Positions 11,625 through 23,296 of a DNA stretch of 64,000 bases are shown here, piece by piece. The notes under the pieces are model-generated. The model saw only the letters and a program-made list of their open reading frames with translations. It did not search any database and had not been told where the DNA came from. This DNA is from Mobula hypostoma (Eukaryota): positions 24,678,001 to 24,742,000 of the forward strand of contig NC_086109.1 in NCBI RefSeq assembly GCF_963921235.1, given 5' to 3'. Each line of letters opens with the position of its first letter. Position 1 is the stretch's first letter. A program made the translations under genes and the position numbers.

Positions 11625-13822
11625 AGTTGACATAGCGGAAAGGAGAACCAGCATGAGAAACACAGACAATGAAACAATGCAAGATAAACACGATGAGCAA
11701 GAGAATGAGGGAAAGAGAGAAAAAAGAGGGTAAAACCATAATGGAGTGAATGTGAAAGTATGAAAAAGCAGACAAATAAACACACAGGAAGATTAAAGCT
11801 AGAGAGAGCCCATTAGATTAGGAGAGGTGGAAAGGTGATGTGAAAAAGAGAAGGAAGATTGAGAGGGAGCAAGGCAGAGAGATTGAATATTAGACTAAAG
11901 AAAGGCAGGAGAGACCATCATCCATGACTCCAAGCAGGATTTAAAACCAAGTTTGGGTGATAATAGATAACACTCTAACCATTATGCTACATCACCCTTC
12001 ACAACGCTTAGAAAAAAAAATTTCACATGGGGAAATAACATTGCGACAATGTAGTATTCAACCATGTTGAGATTTTATTAATAAGATAGCTGGAAACAGC
12101 TTCTTTTTGTGACTGGTGAGTCACTGCAGGTATTTAATTTGGTTCGTGCTGGCTATTAATCAACCATGTCCGAGAGAATAGAAGAGTCCTTTTATCTATT
12201 GACAGCTATCCAGCAAGGTTATGATAAGCCCGAAAAATATCTATCCCAACAGCCACATTATTTCAGATTGTCACGTTTTGCTTTGCTTTAACAGACAGCA
12301 TCTCTTGTGTTATTCTGCATCACTTGCATTGTGAAACTATCAGCAATCAAAACCACACAACAGTTCCTTTTGTATATCACAGTCCTGTCGATTTGTTCAA
12401 GGCATATTCTAGTAAATTTAGTTAAAGAAGATGACAGTAAGTAGCACAGAAGGAAATTAGGTGCCATATTTATTTGTTGAGAGGTTGTAGAATACTGACA
12501 GTTTGGGTGGCACTAATGAGTTATTAAAGGGGCATGTCACGAGGAGATATTTTTTGTGTGGCTTGCTGATTTACTTTCTAGCTATAAATGCAGTTCAGAA
12601 ACACCCAAAGCCACTGAACTATTTCAAAAGAATTTCAAAGCTGCAGTGTAGATCATGGACCATGCACTGTGTGGGGTGAACCAGGAACAGGAATGGACAG
12701 ATCGAGGGGAACTAACCAGGCAATGGGCCACAGGCTGATTGCAAGGGGACTGCGGAAAGTGAGGAAGTGCGGCGTGACAAGCCACTGCAACAGACTGAGT
12801 GGAGTGTGAACCAGCGCTGCTCTGAAGGAAGTGAGAGTGAACTTTGAGGGCGTAGAAGTAACAAGCAGAAAGGGAGAGGCACAGAGACAACGTGATCCAA
12901 AGTGGATTTAGCGAACTGGGTGTGAGCCCAGCAGGGTGAGGCTCAAGCACACCTGAAAGAAACATGGCAGGGTGGAGTTAGTGGACCCAGATGGAACTCG
13001 GCAGGGCTGAGCACAGAAAGATCTGAAAGAATGAAGGCAGGGTGGAGTTCAGGAGGATCAGAAAGAGTGATGGACGAAGAGCAGGGATGGACAGAACGAG
13101 GGGCATCGAACCATGGAATGGGCACCAGTAATCAGCCTCCGGGTGAAGCCTGGTGATTGCAAGTGGCCTTTGGTAATGTGAAAAGTGTACCAACACCACA
13201 GTGTAAAACAGAAAACAATGCAGTAACTGGAATTAGTGTAAATAGGTGCAAGGGCATCAGAGGGCCCGAGGGATTATTTTTGTGCTTTATGATGCTAAGA
13301 CTAGATTTCACATTCAATATATTTATGGATAATTTGATGAAGAGTGGTGCTTTCATTTATATAGTGCCTTATTTACCTCAAGAGACTTCCAAAATCTGTG
13401 CTATCTAGTCACTATTGTAATGTTGGACATAGAACAGCCTGATTATGTGCAGCAAACAAACAAATATGAAATAATGTATGAATAATCTTGTGATGCTAGT
13501 CGAAGGATATTACACCTGTACTCACTGGCCTCTGTTGACCACCGATCTAACCAGGTTTAATTGTAAAATTCTTATCCTCATACCTTCTGTAAGGTTAAAA
13601 CCCTCTTAACTCTATAAATATTTTTCAGTCATACAACCCTTCAATATCTCTGCATTCCTCTACTGGACCTTTATGTATAACCTTATGTTCCTCCTTCCGC
13701 TTCAGCAACTGTGATTTTAATGATTTGAGATTTAAGCCTTAGATTTACTTTTCTGAAACCTCACTCTTTCCCCATCTACTTCGGCTCTAAGAGGCTTATC
13801 AAAGCTCAAACTCAGACCAAGC

Positions 13823-13858
13823 TAACCTGGATAACCTGGATAACCAGGATAACCTGGA
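13823..13858 (+). repeat. Tandem repeat (TAACCTGGA)x4 abutting a degenerate Penelope terminus (13860-13982)
   Basis: Four 9-mers, third copy TAACCAGGA. Confidence 0.85.
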
Positions 13859-14614
13859 GACCAATGACTGCATATACTGGAATCTGAAGCAGTAGTATCT
13901 GCTGGAGGAACTCAGCAGATCAAACGGCAACAGCTGGGGAAAGGGACTTCCAGTGTTTGGATTGAAACCCAGCATCAGGACTTACTTAGATCACCTATCC
14001 TGATATCTCCTTATATGAAGTGTCAATGGTACATGATTAAGCTGCTGTGAAACACATTGTTGTGGGACAGTGTACAAACAAGCTCAACATTAGTGAACCC
14101 TACTGCACAAAAGCTAATTATTCAGACAATTATACCAGTGAAAGCAATTTGGCAAATCAGTCTATTTAAAGTTATCCACCTGTTCTTCCATTTTTTTCCA
14201 CAAGCATTTATCTAATTCCATCTTGCAAGTTAGTCCAGAATTTTCCTCAATATTTCAGCCAGTGAATTCTAGTCTGCAATATCTTGCTGGCTAAATTGTG
14301 TGCCTTCCAATTCTTTTGCCTATAACCTTGAATCTGGTTCATCTTTTCTTGTACTGGAAGCACATACTGTGTCTTTACTCTATCAATACTGTTCCTAGAT
14401 TTGAACAACTCTGTCAAAGTTCATCAAGGAAGCTCACAACTCTTGCCCTTCATTCATGCTTATAAATCTCTTCTACGCCTTCCTGAAGGCTGGATAAATT
14501 TTTCAAAATGCAGTGCCCAGAATTGAAAATAATCTTCCCGGCAAGTCTTAAACAGCATTTTCCCAGGTAAAACATTGGGTGTATAACACAGAAACAAGCC
14601 ATTTAGTCCAATCA

Positions 14615-16130
14615 ATCCTTGCCAGCTTCATTACTAACCACTGGCAAAGTTTTAGAAGAATGGAGGGTGGTTAATGTTGTTCCATTGTTCAAGCAGGCAG
14701 CGAGTGGGCCAAGGAACAGCAGGACACTGAGCCTGACCTCAGGTGTAGGGAAGTCACTGGAGGGAATTTTGAGGGCAAGAACTATTATTATTTGGATAGT
14801 CAAGCCCCACTCAGGAATAGTAATATGTCTTTGTCCATGGGAGGTCATGCCTGACAAATTTTTAAATTTCCTGAAGTAGTAACTAAGGGGATAGATGAAG
14901 GAAGGGCAGTGGATGTTGCCTCTATGGACTTCAGTAAGGCCTTTGACAGTCCCTCATGGCAGACTGTTCTGCAAGGTTAGGTTTCATGGGATTTGGTGGG
15001 AGCTAGCAAGGTGGAGTCTGAATTGGCTTCGTGATAGGTAGTAGGGGGTGATGTTTCAAGGTCAGATCTCTTGCTGGTGGCCTGTGACTAATAGAGTGCC
15101 CAGGGATCTGTATTGAGACCTCTGTTATTCATTAATTATGTAAGTAATTTGAATGTGAATATACACAGCGTGATTAGCAAGTTTGCTGATGACACCACAT
15201 AAAAAGGTCCTGTTGATAGTGAAGGGGATTGCAATAAATTGCAAAGAGAACTTGGTCATTTAGGGAGATTGGCTAAGGCAGGGCTTCCCAACTTGGGGTC
15301 CACAAATTCCTCGGTTAATGGTAGGCGTCCATGGCATAAAAAAGGTTGGGAACCCCTGGGCAACATAGCAACATAGGTGTGAAGTGACACATTCTGGTCA
15401 GTGAAATCTGACTTATAGAAATTGACAGGGCATGGATGAGACGGACTTAGGGGTACAAGTACACAGTTCACTGAAGGCAGCCATGTCAGTGGACAGGGTG
15501 GGCAAGAATGCATTTAGCACGCTGGCCTTCATCAGTCAGGGCACTGAGTTCAGCAGTAGGGACATTATGTTGCATTTTTACAAGTTGTTGGTGCAATGAC
15601 ATTTGGAGTATTGTGTTCAGTTTTGGTAACCCTGTTATAGGCAAGACATTGTCAAGCTGGAGAGGGTGCAGAAGAGATATGAGGATGCGGCCTGGACTGG
15701 AATGTTTGAGTTATAGGGAGAGGTTGACTACACTGGATCTTTATTCCCTGGTGTGCAGAATGAGGGATAACCTAACAGAAGTTTATAAAATCATGAAGGG
15801 GACGAATGAGGTCATCCTCTTTTCCACAAGGTTGGGAGTCCAAAGCTCGAGGTCACAGATATAAGGTAAGAGGGGAGAACTGAATAAAACGACCTAAGGG
15901 GTACCTTCAGGCAGCTCATTGCAGATACTCACAATCCTCTGCATAAAGAGCAAGTGGCTGAGATAGCCACAACTGAAACATTTAAGAGACATTTGGATTT
16001 GCAACATGCAGGGGAGAGGGGTGGAAGATTATGAACCGAATGCACACAGCTGGGATTAGCAGGGAGGATGCAGAGACGGCATGGACCACTTGGACCAAAG
16101 AGCCTGTTTCCATGCTATATTAGTCTACAA
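14615..16130 (+). mobile_element. CR1 LINE, degenerate RT through 3' end
   Basis: Frameshifted motifs EWRVVNVVPLFK, SLTSGVGK, MDFSKAFD, ISKFADDT; colinear with 27880-29350. Confidence 0.85.
15279..15358. mobile_element. 80-bp hAT-type MITE inserted in CR1
   Basis: TIRs CAGGGCTTCCCAAC / GTTGGGAACCCCTG; left flank GGCTAAGG only partly repeated on the right (GGC). Confidence 0.7.
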
Positions 16131-16580
16131 CTTCAATGATGACTGGTCCTCTATCTGATAGCAATAGTAGAGTGAGATATGTGCTGGGCTTTGGGGTTAA
16201 AGAGTATGGAGGATACAATTATGCTCAAAGATGGCTTGCACTGACTTATGGAATCCCAGTTTTGAGCTGCTAGAGCTCTTCTGGGGTCCATCCCATTTAA
16301 CTCAGAGCTGATACATGCATAGCAATTGGAAGACTGGACTTTGACCTCACACGAACTATGCATTTGATATTCCTGCTGCGAATGGATGTGCCTGCATTTG
16401 ATCATCTGATGACGCTGAGATAGATTTGCTTTACTTGTCACGTGCACATTGAAACATACCATGAAATGTGCCATTTATGTCAACAACTGACATATTCTGA
16501 GGATGAGCTGGGGGCAACCTGCAAGTGTCCTTGTGCTTCTAGCGCCAATGTAGCATGCCCACAATTCACTTACCTTAGCC

Positions 16581-16806
16581 CAGGGGACCCCAACATTTCT
16601 CGCACTGCGGACCGGTTTAGTATTGACGATATTCTTATGGACCAGCCGACCGGGGGGAGGGGGGAGGGTGGCGCTCAAATTCAACAGTGCGTGACAGGGA
16701 ATGAGGAAAGGTGCAGCTGACTCATATCATTTCATATCGCCAAATCATATCGTTTCCTCGCGGCCCGGTAGCACATGCTTTGCGGCCCGGTGGTTGGGGA
16801 CCACTG
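16581..16806. mobile_element. 226-bp hAT (Charlie-like) MITE
   Basis: TIRs CAGGGGACCCCAAC / GTTGGGGACCACTG (2 mismatches in 14); perfect 8-bp TSD CCTTAGCC at 16573-16580 and 16807-16814; subterminal GCGGCCCGG repeats. Confidence 0.9.
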
Positions 16807-18329
16807 CCTTAGCCCATACATCTTCTGGAATGCTGGAGAAACCCATGCAGACTTCAAGAGAATATGCAAACCCACAAACATACAGACAGTAGCAGGAATT
16901 GAACCCTGTCATGATCTTTGGTACTGTAAAGTATTACACTACCTAGTATGCTACCATGAAATGCTGCACTGCTCTGATACTGTGAAAGCATCAGTCCTCC
17001 CCTATGCTGCTTATCTTAGCACTGAAGATATCCCCTTCAGGGTTCAGCTACCCAGTCAGTGGAGATTCTGGTGGCTTACTTATGGTAATGGATGTCCAGA
17101 ACACATTCTATGCTTAGTTACAGTAATTGCTGTCATTTTTTAAATGGCTTTCTTTCTTTTCGCTTCTGTGTAACCCTGGTCCACCTGAACTAGCACAGAG
17201 CAACTAGACTTGCGACTTTTAGTACCGCAGGACTCAGAACTAGTCGGGGAAGCAAGATATTAACTGCAGCAAAAAGCTAACTCCCGGAAGAACTCAGTGG
17301 GTCAAGCAGCATCTGTGGAGGCAAATGGACAGTCGACATTATGGGTCAAAACCCTGTATCAGGACTGAAAGCATTAGCTGGATTTCCTTACACGAGGCAA
17401 TAAAAATCTGCATCAGTCCTTGGCCCAGGTAGAACAGGGCACTTGAAGGTAGTTAGGGACCTAATTCGGCAGGATGACAGACTGATGTACCGCCCAGAGG
17501 TTAGGCATGGAGCGACCTTGATATTGCAAAAAATGGAAGAGTTACAACTCTTCGCCTTGGGGCAGAAGAATTAATAAATCTTTCTTGAGCGAGGAATCTC
17601 TGTGATGAGGATATATCAGCATTTTAATTAAGTGTAGAATGTGATCTTTATAAGTGCAAGATGACAGGAATCCCTCCTCTGACTGCAGCACAATAGGAGT
17701 TCAGGACTGCATTTGCAAATGTGTGCTTACATTTACAGGCTTCTTCCAGCTAATATTTCAAGGAGCTGTTTATCGTCAAATTTTAAATTAGGCTCCATAC
17801 TCATGCCAACATACGCACACATTTAGCTTTGTTACGTCTTTTCCAACTATTTGACTACTTCAATCCATGCAGGCATTTCTGCATCTGTGTGTTCACTTTC
17901 CTTAATGCACCGCTGGGATCTTTCACTTCCTTGCACACACCCAATGATTTATGGCCATTTAAATGATTGGACCCCCTGATCAGGGGCTGGTGCAGGAAGA
18001 GGCAAAGAAATCAACATGCTGTGACTTGCTTGTCTGTTGCTCAGTGCTGAGTGGGTGCATGGATCAAAGATGGTGATAAATGGGATGGATGACTATTTTA
18101 GAAAGATTGAGGAATGATAAACAAGTAGATCAGTTTACTTATTCGTGATGTGCAGGTGGTGCTAGCAGGGACACAATAACTAGTACCACTGGAGATTCAA
18201 CTGTGGGTAATTGCTAGCAGGGCAGCACATGTTTTGGTCATTTTCAGATCTAAACAATGAAATTATTAAATTGCAATCTTAAAATTACCATATTAAATAC
18301 ACTTTGCAACTATTTATGTGAGTTATGGC

Positions 18330-20362
18330 AACATTGACCCATAGTAGTGCTATGGCTGGAAAATTGCAAATATCACTCCAACCTTCAAGGAGGGAGGAAG
18401 GGAGAAGATGGGAAATTTTAGGCCAATTAACCAATTGCTTGGGAAAATATTGGAGTTGATTCTTAAATATGTTGTTTTCAGGTGCTTGGAAACACATGGT
18501 AAAGTAGGCTGATGTCAACACGGTTTCCTGAAGGGAAGATATTGCCTGACAGATCTGTTAGAATTCTTTGAGGAAATAACAAGCAGCATAGACAAAGGAG
18601 AACCAGTGGATGTTGTGTCCTTGGATTTTCAGAAGGCCTTTGTCAAGGTGCCAAACATCTAGCTGTTTAAGAAGATAAGAGCCCTTGGTATTACAGGAAA
18701 GGTATGAGTACGGATAGAAGATTGCATTCCTTACATTAATGGCCAGAAGATCTATCTTATTGAATTGGAAAGAGGTCAATCCTCCGACTACAATTCAATG
18801 GTTTTCTCAAACTATATCTTGCTTAAATTTAGAGAAAATCAGAAGTGGTACCTCTGATCCTTCGGTTAAATTTGAAGAAATTCGGAGACCATTTATTCAA
18901 CATTTCCATATGATGCAGTTTAACCTTTTTCAAATCCTTTTTTTAACTAAAAATATATGGATAGAGGAGTGGAATTAACGACATTAGTGATTGTATCTGA
19001 TGTAATATGTTAGCCTGACTTTGTTTTAGATTTGTTTAGCTTAATTTAGTGTGTTTTTTTTTCTTTTCTAGTTTAGGGATTTTTTTTAGTTTTTTTTCCA
19101 TTTATCCTTTACCATGTTCAATTATATTTAGAGTTGTGGAGATCTAACATATTTGTACTATGAGCAATATTATATTTGCAAATGTTAGCTATCAATAATG
19201 TAATCCCATTCTCTGTTTATTAATATTATTGTTACATTTATAATTTTGAATATTAATAAAAAGTCTGGAAAAGAAGACTGGCTGATTGGCAGGAGGCAAA
19301 GAGTGGGAACCAAGGAAGCCTTTTCTGATTGGCTGCTGGTAACGAGTGGTATTCTGCAGGAGTCGCTGTTGGGACCATTTCTTTTTACATTGCGTGTCAA
19401 TACTTTGGATGGCGGAATTGATGACTTTGTGGCCAGGTTTGCGGTTGATACAAAGATAGGTGGAGAGGCAGGCAGTGTTGAGGAAGCAGGGAGGCTGCAG
19501 AAGGACTTCAACAGTTTAGGAGAATGGGCAAAGAAGAGGTAAATGGAATACATGGTCATGAAGTATTCAGTCATGCACTTTAGAAGAAGGAATAAAAGCA
19601 TAGACTATGTTTGAAACCACTAGAAAATTCAAAAATACAAAGTGCAAAGGGATTTGGGAGTCCTAGTGCTGGGTACCCGAAAGGTTAATGTGCAGGTTGA
19701 GTCGGTGGTGAGGAAGGCAAATGCAATGTTAGCATTCACTTTGAAAAGACTGGAATATAAAAGCAAGGAGGTTTTATAAGGCACTGGTGAGGCCTCACTT
19801 GGAGTATTGCGTGCAGTTTTGGGCCCCTTATTTAAGAATAGATGTGCTGAAATTGAAGCGGGTTCAGAGGAGGTTCATGAGAATGATTCTGGGAAAGAAA
19901 AGGTTATCATATGAGGAGTGATTGATGGTTCTGGGCCTGTACTCACTGGAATTTAGAAGAAAGGATGGGGGGGATCTCATTGAAAACTATCGAATGGTGA
20001 AAGGCCTAAATAGTGTGGATGTGGAGAGGATGTTTCCTATAGAGGTGGGGTCTAGGACCAGAGAGCACAGCCTGAGAATAGAAACACCTCTATTTGGAAT
20101 GGAGATGTGGAAGAATTTCTTTAGGGTGTTGAATCTGTGGAATTCGTTGCCACAGGTGTACCTGTGGAAGCCAAGTCATTGGGTGTATTTAAGACGGAGA
20201 TTGATGGGTTCTTAACTAGTGAAGGTGTGAAAGGTTATGGGGAGAATGTAGGAGAATAGGGTTGAGAGGGAAATGTATTAGCTATAATGATAAGGTGGAT
20301 CAGACTTGATACACCAAATGGACTAATTCTGCTCCTATGTTTTATGGGGTTATGGCCTTATG
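18330..20362 (+). mobile_element. CR1 LINE RT to 3' end, interrupted by the L1 fragment
   Basis: LDFQKAF before the break; WLIGRRQRVG...VTSGILQESLLGPFLF...RFAVDTKIGG after it; CR1 tail near 20300-20362. Confidence 0.85.
18725..19265 (+). mobile_element. L1-clade LINE 3' fragment (ORF2 C-terminus, T-rich UTR, AATAAA)
   Basis: ARRSILLNWKEVNPPTTIQWFSQTISCLNLEKIR...KFEEIRRPFIQHF resembles the fish-type L1 ORF2 end; AATAAAAA at about 19255. Confidence 0.75.
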
Positions 20363-20721
20363 CACTGCATCCGCATATTCCTATCCATTGTGTCTGCTCC
20401 AACTCACTGTATAGGTACACATCTGACCCATGTCCTTCCCTGACTGATTGAGGCCTAAGGCTCAGATCAGTAGTCTGGAAGTTGAGGCTCAGTGGACAGA
20501 GCTGAGCCTTTGAATCTCTGCAGGTCCATTGGGGGGTGTTGTCAAAGCCTGGTGTCCATCAGTACACGTCCACTTCCACTGGAGGCTGTTTTTGCTGTTT
20601 TTCTTTGTCTGTGTTCTGTGTAGTTCTGCTGAGTACTGTGGAAATGCTATGTTGCCATAGAATATCGGGGCTGCCCCCAGTGCATCCTCAGGTTGTTTGT
20701 TAATGCATATAATGCTTTTCT

Positions 20722-21035
20722 CTGCAACGTACACAAGACGATGGAAGAATTCAGCAGGCCAGTCAACATCTATGGAAAAGAGTAAACAGTCGATGTCTTG
20801 GGCTGAAACGCTTCATCAGGACTGGAAAGGAAGGGGAGAAGTCAGAGTGAGAAGGTGGGGTGGGGGGGGGAGTACAAGGTGGAAGTTGATAGGTGAAACC
20901 GGGAGAGAGGGAGGGGTGAATTAAAGAGCAGGGAAGTAAATTCATGAAAGAGATAAAATGCTGAAGAAGGGGGAATATGATAGGAGAGGGTAGAAGACCA
21001 TGGAGGAAAGGGATGGGAGATGGTGGGCAGGTAAG
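20722..21035 (-). mobile_element. Penelope-like 3' UTR and terminus with degenerate hammerhead
   Basis: Similar to 30180-30500; reverse reads CAGTCCTGATGAAGCGTTTCAGCCCAAGACATCGACTG. Confidence 0.75.
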
Positions 21036-22855
21036 GTGTTCTGTTGTGGGTGTCAGATGTGGGATTTCCAGAAGCCTACCAGCCTCCACGATGGCCACAT
21101 CTGCACCAGGTGCACCGAGATGCAGCTCGTTGGAGACCATGTTAAAGAACTGGAGCTGCAGCTCAAACATCTTTGGCTTGTTAGGGAAAGAGAAGCAGTG
21201 ATACACAAGAGCTACAGAGAGGTGGTCACCCAAAGGCTACAGGGTGACTCTCAAGAGGGGGAAGGGAGAATGTCAGATAGTGGAGAGCTCCCCTGTGGTC
21301 GTTCCTTTCAACAGTAAGTACTCTTTTTTGAGGACTGTTGGCGGGGTGGACCTGCCTGGAGGAAGCAACAGTGGCAGTGCCTCTGGCAATGAGTCTGGCC
21401 CTGTGGCTCAGAAAGGTAGGGAACTGAAGAAGATGGCAGCAGTAACAGGGGACTCTTTAGTTAGGGTGATAGATAGGCAATTCTATGGATGTGAAAAAGA
21501 AACGTGGATGGTAGTTTGCCACCCAGGAGCCAGGGTCTGCGATGTTTCTGAATGCATCCACAACATCCTGTAAGAGGCCGGTGAGCAGCCAGGAGTTGTG
21601 GTACATATTGGTATCAACGACATAGGCAGAAAAATGGAGAAGATCTTGAAAACAGAATACAGGGAATTAGAAAGGAAGCTGAGAAGCAGGACCACAAGGG
21701 CAGGAATCTTGTGTTTGCTGCCTGTGCCATGCAACAGTAAGGATAGGAATAGAATGAGGTGGCAGATAAATGTGTGGCTGATGAATTGGAGCAGGGGACA
21801 GGGATTCAGATTTCTGGGTAACTGGGGACTCTTCTGGGGCAGGTGTGACCTGTAAAGAAGGGGTAGGTGGCACTTGAATCAGAGGGGGACAAATATCCTT
21901 GCGAGCAGGTTTGCTAGAGCTTTTAGGAGTGGTTTAAACATATATGGCAGGGGATGGGAACCAGTATGATAGAGCTGAGGATGAGCCAGCAGGTTTACAA
22001 GGAGATGATGGATGTAACATGAATGTAAGGAAAGACAAGCCGATGATTGGGTACAAGTACAGACAGAGCAAAGAATTAAATTGTACCACAGAGGCAAAAT
22101 TCAAAGGTGCAGAATTGCAGGACTGAAGGTGCTGCATTTAAATGTCTGTAGCATTTGGAATAAGGTGGATGAACTTGTGGCACAATTAGAGATTGGTCGG
22201 TATGATGTTGTGGCCATCACTGAGTCGTGGCTGAAAGAAGACCACAGTTAGGATCTTAATATCAAATGATATACTTTGTATCAAAAAGACAGGCAGGAAG
22301 ACATAGATGACGGTGTGGCTCTGTTGGTAACAGATGGAATTGCATCTTTAGAAAGAGATGACATAGGGTCAGAGAATGTTGAATCTTTGTGGGTGGAGTT
22401 ACGAAACTGCAAGGGTGAAAAAAAAACATTATGGGCATCATATATAGGCCTCCAAATAGTAGCCAAGATGTGGGGTTGAGATTGCAAAGGGAACTGGAAA
22501 AGGCATGTAATAAGGGAAATATCACGATTGTAATGGGGGATTTCAATATGCAAGGGGACTGGAAAAATCAGGTTGGTGTTGGATCACTAGAGAGGGAATT
22601 TGTTGAATGCCTACGAGATGGTATTTTAGAGCAGCTTTGTATTTGAGCCCACTCTGTGAAAGACTGTCTTAGATTGGGTGTTGTGTAATGACCAAGATCT
22701 TATTAGAGAGCTTAATGTAAAGGAACTCTGAGGAGACAGTGATCATAACATGATTGAATTCATACTGCAGTTTGAAAGGGAGAAGCATAATTCATATTTA
22801 GCATTATTGCAATGGGATAAAGGGAATTACAGAGGCATGAGAGAGAAGCTTGCAG
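21036..22855 (+). pseudogene. CR1 LINE 5' portion: ORF1 (Cys motif, coiled coil, SGNH/GDSL esterase) and ORF2 APE endonuclease, disrupted
   Basis: CCGCQMWD...HICTRC; GDSLVR...CHPGA...VVHIGINDIG; then YDVVAITESWL, GIIYRPPN, IVMGDFN, DHNMI. Confidence 0.85.
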
Positions 22856-22995
22856 GTTGTAGAATGATATGCATAATGATCACTAGCTCAAAGAATCATT
22901 GTTACACTTAATAGTTTAAACATTCGACTTTGTATATCCTGGACTTAGAGATGCCAGTAGTAATGAAAAAACTGTTGTATTTAATCTATTTTATT

Positions 22996-23296
22996 AAGGC
23001 ATCCGTTCGTCTTGCAAGACCATGGAACTGCGCTTGGAAAGTCTTCACTCCCCTGGGCCTGGGTAAGGTTGTATGGAAGACCAGCAGTTGCCCATGCTGC
23101 AAGTCTCCCCTCTCCACGACACCAATGTTGTCCAAGGGAAGGGCATTAGGATACAGCTTGGTACCAGTGTCGTCGCAGAGCAATGTGTGATTAACTGCCT
23201 TGCTCAAGGACACAACACATGTTGCCTCAGCTGCAGCTCAAACTCACGACCTTCAGGTCGCTAATCCAATGCCTTAACCACTTGGCCACGTGCCCA
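22996..23296 (-). mobile_element. tRNA/CORE-like/RTE-like SINE
   Basis: Same family as 9605-9890; perfect 11-bp TSD ATTTAATCTAT at 22979-22989 and 23298-23308. Confidence 0.88.

Noticed and set aside
11463..11785. Three overlapping hydrophobic ORFs
   Set aside because: Produced by the (AG)n and purine-rich low-complexity tract
13823..13858. CRISPR-like or telomeric repeat
   Set aside because: Contiguous 9-mers without spacers, not TTAGGG, vertebrate context
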